Origin: Deltaproteobacteria bacterium | Lineage (GTDB): Bacteria; Desulfobacterota; DSM-4660; Desulfatiglandales; HGW-15 | NCBI GenBank assembly: GCA_016931115.1 | Contig: JAFGFM010000080.1 | Span: 7,577 to 71,576, forward strand | Reading direction: 5' to 3' | DNA length: 64,000 bases | Shown here: one piece after another, positions 56,282 to 64,000 of the stretch | Layout: each line of letters begins with the position of its first letter | Position numbering within the stretch: the stretch's first letter is position 1 | The notes under the pieces: model-generated | Database searches by the model: none | What the model was told of the DNA's origin: nothing | What the model saw: only the letters and a program-made list of their open reading frames with translations | Position numbers and translations under genes: made by a program

Positions 56282-57210
56282 GCGAATTCAAATCAGGAAG
56301 CAACCTGGAAAAGGTACTTAAGGCAGGGCACTTTGCATTTACAGGGGAATGCGGCCCACCAAAAGGGGCGAACCTTGAACACCTGAAAGAGAAGATACAT
56401 CACCTTAAAGGTATGGTGGATGCAGTTAATGTAACTGATAACCCGACTGCTGTTGTAAGGATGTCAAGCTGGGCAGCCTCTACTGTTATTATCGGTGAAG
56501 GCATGGAACCAAACTTTCAGATGGTATGCCGCGACAAAAACAGGCTCGCCATGATGAGCGATATACTCGGTGCATACACTGTGGGGATACGTAATATCCT
56601 GTGCCTCACGGGTGACCATCAGAGCTTTGGAAACCACCCGGAGGCAAAGAATGTATATGATCTCGACTCTATGCAGCTCATCGCCCTTGTAAAAAAGATG
56701 AGGGATGAGGGCAGATTCATGAATGATGAAGAGATAGACTGTGCGCCAAGGCTCTTTATAGGAGCAGCAGAAAACCCGTTTGCAGACCCCTTTGAATACA
56801 GACCATACAGGCTCGCAAACAAGATAAATGCGGGGGCTGATTTTATTCAGACCCAGTGCATATACAACATGGAGAAGTTCAGGGAGTTCATGAAAAGGGT
56901 TGTTGATATGGGCCTCCATGAGAAATGTTTTATACTGGCAGGTGTATCACCATTAAAGAGCGTAGGTATGGCAAGGTACATGGCAAAATCAGTACCGGGC
57001 ATGGATGTACCGGACTCCCTTATAGAGAGGCTCAAGGGCGCCGGGCCAGGCAAGGCGGCAGAAGAGGGAATCAGGATCGTTGTTGAACAGATAGAAGAGT
57101 TCAAGGAGATGAAGGGCATTAGCGGGGTACACCTCATGGCCATTGAATGGGAACACAGGGTGCCTGAAATCGCCGAAAAGGCAAAGGTACTGCCAAGGCC
57201 GGTAGGATAA
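56278..57210 (+). CDS. metF: methylenetetrahydrofolate reductase
   Basis: AVNVTDNP, CRDKNRLA, LCLTGDH, AGADFIQTQ, GVHLM. Confidence 0.93.
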   Translation: MSEFKSGSNLEKVLKAGHFAFTGECGPPKGANLEHLKEKIHHLKGMVDAVNVTDNPTAVVRMSSWAASTVIIGEGMEPNFQMVCRDKNRLAMMSDILGAYTVGIRNILCLTGDHQSFGNHPEAKNVYDLDSMQLIALVKKMRDEGRFMNDEEIDCAPRLFIGAAENPFADPFEYRPYRLANKINAGADFIQTQCIYNMEKFREFMKRVVDMGLHEKCFILAGVSPLKSVGMARYMAKSVPGMDVPDSLIERLKGAGPGKAAEEGIRIVVEQIEEFKEMKGISGVHLMAIEWEHRVPEIAEKAKVLPRPVG

Positions 57211-59187
57211 TTGGAAAATAAACTGGACAAAAACCCCTTTGCAAGGATGATCCGTGAGACAGGCAGTTCCATAAGAAAAGACCTGTCTGATATATATTTC
57301 AAGGCCGGTATTGTTGGCGGAGGAAAGATATGTTACAGCATCCTCAAAATCCTGGAGGAAATCCCATTTACCCGGCTGAAGATGGAGATAGCCGGTGTTG
57401 TGGATATCAATCCTGATGCCCCGGGCATTACCCTTGCGAGAGAAAAGGGACTTTTTACCTCAAATGATTATCATGACCTCTTTAAGATTGAAGGGCTGAA
57501 TCTGATCATAGAATTGACCGGCTCTCTTGAGGTGGTAAAAAGTATTGTTGATGCAAAACCCACCTATATATCCTTTCTTGACCATTTCGCAAGCCTACTG
57601 CTCTGGGGGCTTCTCCAGAATGAGGTTGAAACCGAGTCCCTTGAGAAAAAATTCGGCAATTACATCTCATGGATGAGTAAAAAGAGCAAACTTATCCCTG
57701 ATTATCTCCCCTACCGGATCATGGTAGTAAACATGGATAAAAGCATTGAGACAGTGAACAAAACCTTTTTAGATGGCTACCATCTTACTGAAGACAACAC
57801 ATATGGCAGACACTGTTATGAGATTGATTTCGGCCCACACAGGAACCGCCCCTGTGCACGTGCAAATGGCAGATGTTATGTTGACGAGTATATGGATGAA
57901 ATCAGGGAAAAGGGCATCTACAGCACAATAGAGGAGTATGTTGATGCTGATAACAGGAGCAGGTTTGAGGTTGTTACCCTTACACCTATTTATAATGACA
58001 AAGGTGAGATTGTTCAGATCCTTGAGGCGTCGCGGGATGTTACTGAAAAGGTCAGGCTCGAACAGGAGGCTCTGAAATCAAATACATTTTTACAGAATGT
58101 GATACAGAGCACAGTGGATGGCATTATCGTTGTAAACCAGAAGGGAAAAATCCTTCTCTTTAATGAAGGCATGGAGAGGCTTACCGGTTTCAAGGCTGAA
58201 GAGATGGTTAAGCATGGTCATATAAGCAGCTTTTGCGATATGGATACTGCAAGGGAAAACCTGATCAAGATGAGGAGTAGCAATTACGGCCCCAAAGGAA
58301 AACTCAACCCCACAAACTGGTCCATAAAAACAATAACCGGTGAAGAGATACCTGTAACATTGAGTGCATCTATTATAGTCATTGATGGTAAAGAGGTGGG
58401 AAGCGTAGGTGTCTTTACCGATATGAGAGAGATACTTGAGATGCGGAGGAATCTTGAAGAGGCCCATTTTCAGCTGGTCAGGTCTGAAAAGATTGCATCC
58501 ATCGGCAGGATGGCCGCAGGTGTCGCACATGAGATTAATAACCCCCTTTCAGGCATCATGATATATGCTGAACTCATAAAAAAGAACCTGATGCTACTGG
58601 AATCGGAAAACAGTCAGAACATTGAAGATATACAGGAGATCATTGACCAGACCCTTAGATGCAAAAAGATTGTATCTGACCTGCTCGAATTCAGCAGGCA
58701 GACTGTTGGCAAATTTTCATCCTTCAACATAGCTATACTCATAGACAAATCCCTGAACCTCCTGATAAACCAGCCCCTTTTTCAGAATGTAGATATTATC
58801 AAAGAGATAGATGCCAATATGCCTTCGATTGCGGCTGACATGGGGCAGCTCCAGCAGGTCTTTACAAACCTTTTCATAAATGCGGCAGATGCAATGGAGG
58901 GCAAGGGGCAGCTCAAGATCAATGTCCGCTTTGACTGGAAGAGGGAGTATTTTATAATAAAGGTGGCAGACACAGGCCCGGGCATACCGGATGATCTAAA
59001 AGAAAAGATATTTGAGATATTTTTCACCACAAAGCCTGTTGGCAAGGGGACAGGCCTTGGGCTGAGCATAACAAAAAATATCCTTCAACTGCACGGCGGA
59101 AGCATCATGGTGGATAGTGAGCCAGGAAAAGGGACTGTGTTTACCATAGAACTCCCAATGGGATTTGTTGATCAACAGAAGGAATAA
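57211..59187 (+). CDS. sensor histidine kinase: Rossmann-like N-terminal domain + 2 PAS + HisKA/HATPase
   Basis: GIVGGG...[10 protein letters not shown]; GRHCYE and STVDGII PAS domains; AHEINNPL; FFTTK; GTGLGL. Confidence 0.92.
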   Translation: MENKLDKNPFARMIRETGSSIRKDLSDIYFKAGIVGGGKICYSILKILEEIPFTRLKMEIAGVVDINPDAPGITLAREKGLFTSNDYHDLFKIEGLNLIIELTGSLEVVKSIVDAKPTYISFLDHFASLLLWGLLQNEVETESLEKKFGNYISWMSKKSKLIPDYLPYRIMVVNMDKSIETVNKTFLDGYHLTEDNTYGRHCYEIDFGPHRNRPCARANGRCYVDEYMDEIREKGIYSTIEEYVDADNRSRFEVVTLTPIYNDKGEIVQILEASRDVTEKVRLEQEALKSNTFLQNVIQSTVDGIIVVNQKGKILLFNEGMERLTGFKAEEMVKHGHISSFCDMDTARENLIKMRSSNYGPKGKLNPTNWSIKTITGEEIPVTLSASIIVIDGKEVGSVGVFTDMREILEMRRNLEEAHFQLVRSEKIASIGRMAAGVAHEINNPLSGIMIYAELIKKNLMLLESENSQNIEDIQEIIDQTLRCKKIVSDLLEFSRQTVGKFSSFNIAILIDKSLNLLINQPLFQNVDIIKEIDANMPSIAADMGQLQQVFTNLFINAADAMEGKGQLKINVRFDWKREYFIIKVADTGPGIPDDLKEKIFEIFFTTKPVGKGTGLGLSITKNILQLHGGSIMVDSEPGKGTVFTIELPMGFVDQQKE

Positions 59188-59212
59188 CCTCTATTTTCGG
59201 GCCTCATAAATA

Positions 59213-60688
59213 ATGGATAAACAGATCAGAATACTTGTTGTGGATGATGAAAAGGTGATCAGGGATGGCTGCCGCCGTATACTCACCGATAACAAATATG
59301 AGGTGATATGCGCTGAAAACGGGGAGGAGGCGCTCTCCTTTCTTGAAAAGGAACCGGTGGATGTAATCCTGCTTGATCTTAAAATGCCTGTCATGAATGG
59401 TGAAGAGGTACTGGAGCAGACCTACAGGCTCTATCCTGATATACCTGTGATCATTATCACAGGCCATGTCACCATAGATACCGCTGTTGAATGCATGAAA
59501 AAGGGGGCCTTTTCCTTTATTACAAAGCCTTTCCAGATGGACCAGTTTCTGCTTACAGTAAAAAGGGCATCGGAAAAAAGGGCGCTGGAACTCAAGGCAA
59601 GACAGTATGAAGAGGAAAATGTCCGCAACCTCTATGATCTCACCCTTGAAAAGAGCAGGCTCAAAACCATTATAAACTGTATGGCTAATGGTGTTATGGT
59701 GACAAACAGGAATATGGAGATTGTCCTTTATAACCCTGCGCTCATGAGGCTCCTTGAAATCACTGATCATATGGATTCACCCATGCCAGTAACAGGGATC
59801 ATCAAGGATGTTAACCTGTTAAGGGCGCTTAATGATATACAGTCAGAGGCATCCTCTGGTAAAAAGGCCATCTCCCAGGAGATAGAACTCAAAAAAAATA
59901 TACTCAGGGCGATTTCAGCCCCTGCATATGGCCCTGACAGCTCTATAGTTGGCACGGTCACAGTGCTTGAGGATATTACAGCCTTTAAGAGACTCGATGC
60001 CATGAAGTCAGATTTTGTAAATATGGTTGCCCATGAACTGAGGAGCCCCATATCAGCCATCAGGCAGCAGAACAGCGTGCTTCTGGAAGGTCTTGCAGGG
60101 CCACTCACCGAAAAGCAGACGGAATTTCTTAAAAGAGGCAGGGAGAAGTTGGATCAGCTCCTGGATATGATCAATGACCTGCTGGATATGGCAAAGATAG
60201 AGTCTGAAAAACAGGAGCACCATCATACAGAAACCGACATAGGAAAGATAATACTTGATGTTATTACCCTTCTTGAACAGCGGGCAGAGGCAGTTGGCAT
60301 CAGCCTGAAACATGAATTTACCAACCTGAAGACTGTTCAGTTAGACCCGGAAAGGATCTCAGAGGTAATCAATAATCTCCTGACCAATGCAATTAACTAC
60401 TCCCCTGAGGGAGGTGTTGTTACTGTTAAGGCCCGCTGCCTGAACCATCTTTTGGAGATCATGGTGTCAGACACTGGTGTAGGGATACCTGCATCTGAGA
60501 TACCCAAGATATTTGATAAATTCTACAGGGTAAAAGAGCCGAAAACCAGAAAGGTAATGGGGACAGGTCTGGGGCTGTCAATTGTCAAAGGCATAATCGA
60601 GGCGCACAACGGCACTATCAAGGTTGAAAGCACGCCCGGAAAAGGGACAACCTTCAGGGTGCTTTTACCTCTTCCGGCATTTCCCTGA
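59213..60688 (+). CDS. hybrid receiver-PAS-histidine kinase
   Basis: ILVVDDE, LLDLKMP, ITKP; CMANG PAS; AHELRSP; DTGVGI; GTGLGL. Confidence 0.92.
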   Translation: MDKQIRILVVDDEKVIRDGCRRILTDNKYEVICAENGEEALSFLEKEPVDVILLDLKMPVMNGEEVLEQTYRLYPDIPVIIITGHVTIDTAVECMKKGAFSFITKPFQMDQFLLTVKRASEKRALELKARQYEEENVRNLYDLTLEKSRLKTIINCMANGVMVTNRNMEIVLYNPALMRLLEITDHMDSPMPVTGIIKDVNLLRALNDIQSEASSGKKAISQEIELKKNILRAISAPAYGPDSSIVGTVTVLEDITAFKRLDAMKSDFVNMVAHELRSPISAIRQQNSVLLEGLAGPLTEKQTEFLKRGREKLDQLLDMINDLLDMAKIESEKQEHHHTETDIGKIILDVITLLEQRAEAVGISLKHEFTNLKTVQLDPERISEVINNLLTNAINYSPEGGVVTVKARCLNHLLEIMVSDTGVGIPASEIPKIFDKFYRVKEPKTRKVMGTGLGLSIVKGIIEAHNGTIKVESTPGKGTTFRVLLPLPAFP

Positions 60689-60853
60689 TTTATGAAGAGC
60701 CCTGAAGAATCACCCTTTAACTGACCGCGCACAAACATGCCATTTACATCATTGCACTTTGCACTGTTTTTATTATTTTTACGGGGTTTAATTTAGCACT
60801 CCTGACCCGGAAATGCCTTTAACTACATTTCCTCCGGCATGGTCTGCAACAGA

Positions 60854-61720
60854 TCAGGGTTTCAGGGTATATTTTATAGGCATGGTAAACTCGGCGGCTA
60901 CAGGAGGCGGGGGAAAAGGCTGGACACTCTCAATAGTGGCAATCACATTTTTATCCAGCAGACTGTAACCTGAACTTGTTAACACCCTTATGTTTTCCAC
61001 GCTTCCTGTCTTAAGCACCCTGAATGAGACCTCGACTGTCCCCTGCCACTTCATTCTTCTTGCAACAGCCGGATAAACAAGGTTACTGGTAATAAGCTCC
61101 TTAACATAGTAAAAATTTTCATCTACATACTGTTCTCCCTGTGAAAGAGCACCATTACCGGATGAAGCATCACCCATGCCATATTCATAAGAGGCATTTA
61201 CAGAGATTTTTTCAAAGGACCCATTAACCTCATGAGAGGTCTGAGAAAAATCCCCTCTGTCTGTGTCTGAAATTTTTTTGGATGAATAATCTTTTATAAC
61301 CTCGGAATAACCTGATGAGACTGCCTGTTCACTTTTTACAGGTGGCGTGATCTCTTTTGTTACTGCTGAATGACTCTCTATCTTCTTTTCAGGAATGGCC
61401 CTGGGTTTAACTTCCTTCTTTTTGACAGGGGCAGGAGGAGATATTGGTTTCTTATTGACCATACTCTTCATCGGCATAGAAGCCAGCATGGGAGTAGATG
61501 TCATCCGCATGTTTACAAGGTTTATCTCTACCACCTTTTCACCGGGAAGAAGCCCGCCCTGGTTATCAATATTGAGGGTGATCAGGCAGAAAACAATTAA
61601 CAGATGGAGGAGCACCGAGGCAAGGATGAACCTTGACAGGTGTACCTTACAGGTATCCCCCGGGCTGTTTAGCCCCAGGGGGATGTCAATATCACTATAT
61701 TGAGATTGAGAGAGATACAT
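60854..61720 (-). CDS. energy transducer TonB
   Basis: TM ASVLLHL, Pro/Lys-rich linker, YPAVARRMKWQGTV, SSGY..LD. Confidence 0.9.
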   Translation of the reverse strand: MYLSQSQYSDIDIPLGLNSPGDTCKVHLSRFILASVLLHLLIVFCLITLNIDNQGGLLPGEKVVEINLVNMRMTSTPMLASMPMKSMVNKKPISPPAPVKKKEVKPRAIPEKKIESHSAVTKEITPPVKSEQAVSSGYSEVIKDYSSKKISDTDRGDFSQTSHEVNGSFEKISVNASYEYGMGDASSGNGALSQGEQYVDENFYYVKELITSNLVYPAVARRMKWQGTVEVSFRVLKTGSVENIRVLTSSGYSLLDKNVIATIESVQPFPPPPVAAEFTMPIKYTLKP

Positions 61721-63935
61721 AGGCTGTAAAGGGCGCTCCTGTCATATATGTCGAACCAAGGGTCTGGTAATCGGTTGTGTTGATTATGCTGATATATTCC
61801 CTGTCAAAGATATTATTAAGTGTCATGGAAAGATCCAGTTTTTTCATGCCAAACCTCTTCAACTCCTTGCTGTATCCAACCTCAAAATCAAAGATAGTGG
61901 CTGAACCTATCTTCTCGTTGTGAACAATGTCACCATACCTGCTTCCTGTATACCGCATGATCGTTGAAAAGGTAAAATCACCGAGCATGTAAGAGGCAAT
62001 CCCCTTGAACATCACCTTCGGCGCATCCGGCACCTGTTCTCCATCTACTGAGACAATACCCCCTGAAGAATTCCGGAGATCCTGGGTATAGTTAAACCTG
62101 TTATATGAAAATGAGCCGTATAATGACAGATGATCAACAGGCAATGCGCCTGCCTCCAGTTCAAATCCATATGCCTCGGCCTTTGCATTTGATGCAGGGA
62201 AATAGATATTTAATGTATCGTCATAATAGATGGCAAGTTTGTTTTTGTGTCTTGCATAGTAGATAGTTGGAACCACATAGAGTCTTTCAGTAATGTACCT
62301 TATGCCCAAATCAAAGTTATCTGCTATCTCAAGCTCCTGCCTGTTCCAGAGCTCCTGAAGGGTAATACCGGCCGTGTAAAAGCCCTGTTTCTGGGATATA
62401 AAATAGGGGTAGAGCTGTACGGAAAGCCCATAGTTACGTCCATAGGAAAAATAGCTGCTCAATGAATCACTCAGGATATAACTTGCCCCGAGATTAGGCA
62501 GAAGTTCAGTAAAATCCTTTTCCTGGGCGCTTGCATTTTGCTCAACTGTAGCAGCCATGCCAAGGGCGGTTTTATAGCTTACATCACCGATGCCTGTTGT
62601 AATATAGGTCCTGATTTCAGGCATCTTATAATCCAGGTATTTCAGGCCGCCCTCAAGGGTAAAATTGCCCATACTGTATTTTCCGGAAACAAACGGCTGG
62701 TTCTGTTCATGCTTTGTCGGCGCTGAAAGTATCTGCCACCTGTCAAATTGCAGGCCTGTACCTGTTACCTGGTATAGCTTCATTGCTGTGGGAGGGCCGG
62801 GTCTCTCCTGTTTCAGGTAAAAGTAGCCCATATCGACCTTCATATCCTGCATATTTGTGGAGTATTGTGCCAGCATGCCATACATGTCATGATCAATAGC
62901 CCAGTTGCGTACACGGTTTGCGCCGCTCTGTATGGTGATGGTCTCAAAAAAATCACCCTTGTCCTGCCAGTAAAAAGGTTTAAGTTCGAATTTCGACACA
63001 TCGCTTATGTTATATTCCATATCAAGAAGCAGGCTCAGGTCTTCAAAGTCGCTCCTGTTGTAACCATAATAGTAGTAGTCTGTACTGCTCTCAGTATAAT
63101 CAAAATTATAATAATCTGAGAGGTTTGACGCCTGTGAATAATTGAGTGAACGGTAGGTATTGACATCTGCATTATTATAGATTGCGTAGCCATCCACCTT
63201 TACCCTTTCTCCTATTTTCTGAGAAAGCCCCAGCATGGCGTTAGTCCTGTCTGATTCCCCTTCTCCTTTCCACTTGTCACCACCTGCATCGGAAAATGAA
63301 ATAAATCCACCGGTTCCAGTAGCTAACAGGCCAGTATCAACCCTGAGAAAGCTCCTTGTAAAACTGTCACTGCCCAATGTCTGTTTCAGGTTAATACCGA
63401 ATGCCTCCTTTGGAGCTTTAATATCCATGTCTATCTTGCCGCCGATATTGGTGAGCCCAAAGGCCTGATTCGCCGGGACACCGCCCTTGTATATGGAGAC
63501 ACTTTCAAAATTTTCCATGTCATAAATCGTCATACCGCCGCCCGGCCTTCCACTTAAAGGGACATCTTTCACATTGACAGGTGATCCCGGATTTCCTCCG
63601 CCTGTCGGTTCAACACCCCTGAACCGGAATGATTCATGGTAATTGCTGATATCGGCCAGTCCGGATGGATCAACGCTCTGCTGATTCACAGAGGGCATAA
63701 GTGTTATTGATTTATGTGGTGACATGGCAGCAGAAGGCCCCTGCGCGGTTATCCCCTTTTCAGTAACCTTTATGCTTGTATTGGTTTCAGTAAACATAGG
63801 CCCGATAAAATCCTGCTCCTCGAAATTACCTTCAATCTCGGTCTCAGGAAGATTGATTTTCACCTCATCGGAGAAAACAGGAACAGAAGCAACCATCGTG
63901 CATGAGAAGATTAAGATGAGTATTCTTTTTATCAT
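61695..63935 (-). CDS. TonB-dependent outer-membrane receptor
   Basis: Signal peptide, plug (MPSVN, FRFRG, E.VSIYKG), barrel ending NNIFDREY...GAPFTAYVSLSISI. Confidence 0.92.
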   Translation of the reverse strand: MIKRILILIFSCTMVASVPVFSDEVKINLPETEIEGNFEEQDFIGPMFTETNTSIKVTEKGITAQGPSAAMSPHKSITLMPSVNQQSVDPSGLADISNYHESFRFRGVEPTGGGNPGSPVNVKDVPLSGRPGGGMTIYDMENFESVSIYKGGVPANQAFGLTNIGGKIDMDIKAPKEAFGINLKQTLGSDSFTRSFLRVDTGLLATGTGGFISFSDAGGDKWKGEGESDRTNAMLGLSQKIGERVKVDGYAIYNNADVNTYRSLNYSQASNLSDYYNFDYTESSTDYYYYGYNRSDFEDLSLLLDMEYNISDVSKFELKPFYWQDKGDFFETITIQSGANRVRNWAIDHDMYGMLAQYSTNMQDMKVDMGYFYLKQERPGPPTAMKLYQVTGTGLQFDRWQILSAPTKHEQNQPFVSGKYSMGNFTLEGGLKYLDYKMPEIRTYITTGIGDVSYKTALGMAATVEQNASAQEKDFTELLPNLGASYILSDSLSSYFSYGRNYGLSVQLYPYFISQKQGFYTAGITLQELWNRQELEIADNFDLGIRYITERLYVVPTIYYARHKNKLAIYYDDTLNIYFPASNAKAEAYGFELEAGALPVDHLSLYGSFSYNRFNYTQDLRNSSGGIVSVDGEQVPDAPKVMFKGIASYMLGDFTFSTIMRYTGSRYGDIVHNEKIGSATIFDFEVGYSKELKRFGMKKLDLSMTLNNIFDREYISIINTTDYQTLGSTYMTGAPFTAYVSLSISI

Positions 63936-64000
63936 TTATTAAGACCCCATTTGAAATGGTTAAGTTAACAGTGCAAAGCTAAGCTATAAATTGCATTACC

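Noticed and set aside
1-64000. The many short ORFs nested antisense within long genes
   Set aside because: No RBS or motif support; expected shadows of real coding strands.
1-64000. Integrase, transposase, prophage, rRNA or tRNA genes
   Set aside because: No diagnostic motifs were seen by eye. A tRNAscan/Rfam run would be needed to be certain about small RNAs.

Overview
Chromosomal window, most likely from an anaerobic Desulfobacterota-type bacterium (inferred from metV-metF, an Isf-type flavoprotein, PAS kinases, many lipoproteins and an apparent selenoprotein). I found no rRNA, tRNA, CRISPR array, integrase or transposase. The first ~5.8 kb is an AT-rich, all-plus-strand accessory island: a truncated ORF, a stand-alone SIR2 NADase-like gene, a PD-(D/E)xK nuclease-like gene, a secreted SnoaL/NTF2 gene and a Cys/His-repeat + HEAT-repeat gene. 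It is punctuated by one well-formed 57-bp integron attC-like site, several broken attC halves, and four direct copies of an unrecognised ~70-bp hairpin that sit at gene boundaries. The rest is housekeeping, transport and signalling genes with many kinds of intergenic palindromic repeat. Other highlights: a tyrosine-leader attenuator in front of aroF-tyrA, a 582-aa UxxC selenocysteine lipoprotein that the ORF track splits at an in-frame UGA, a poly-C-frameshifted anti-sigma gene behind a truncated ECF sigma, and several unusual domain fusions. All product calls come from motif recognition by eye, not from database searches.
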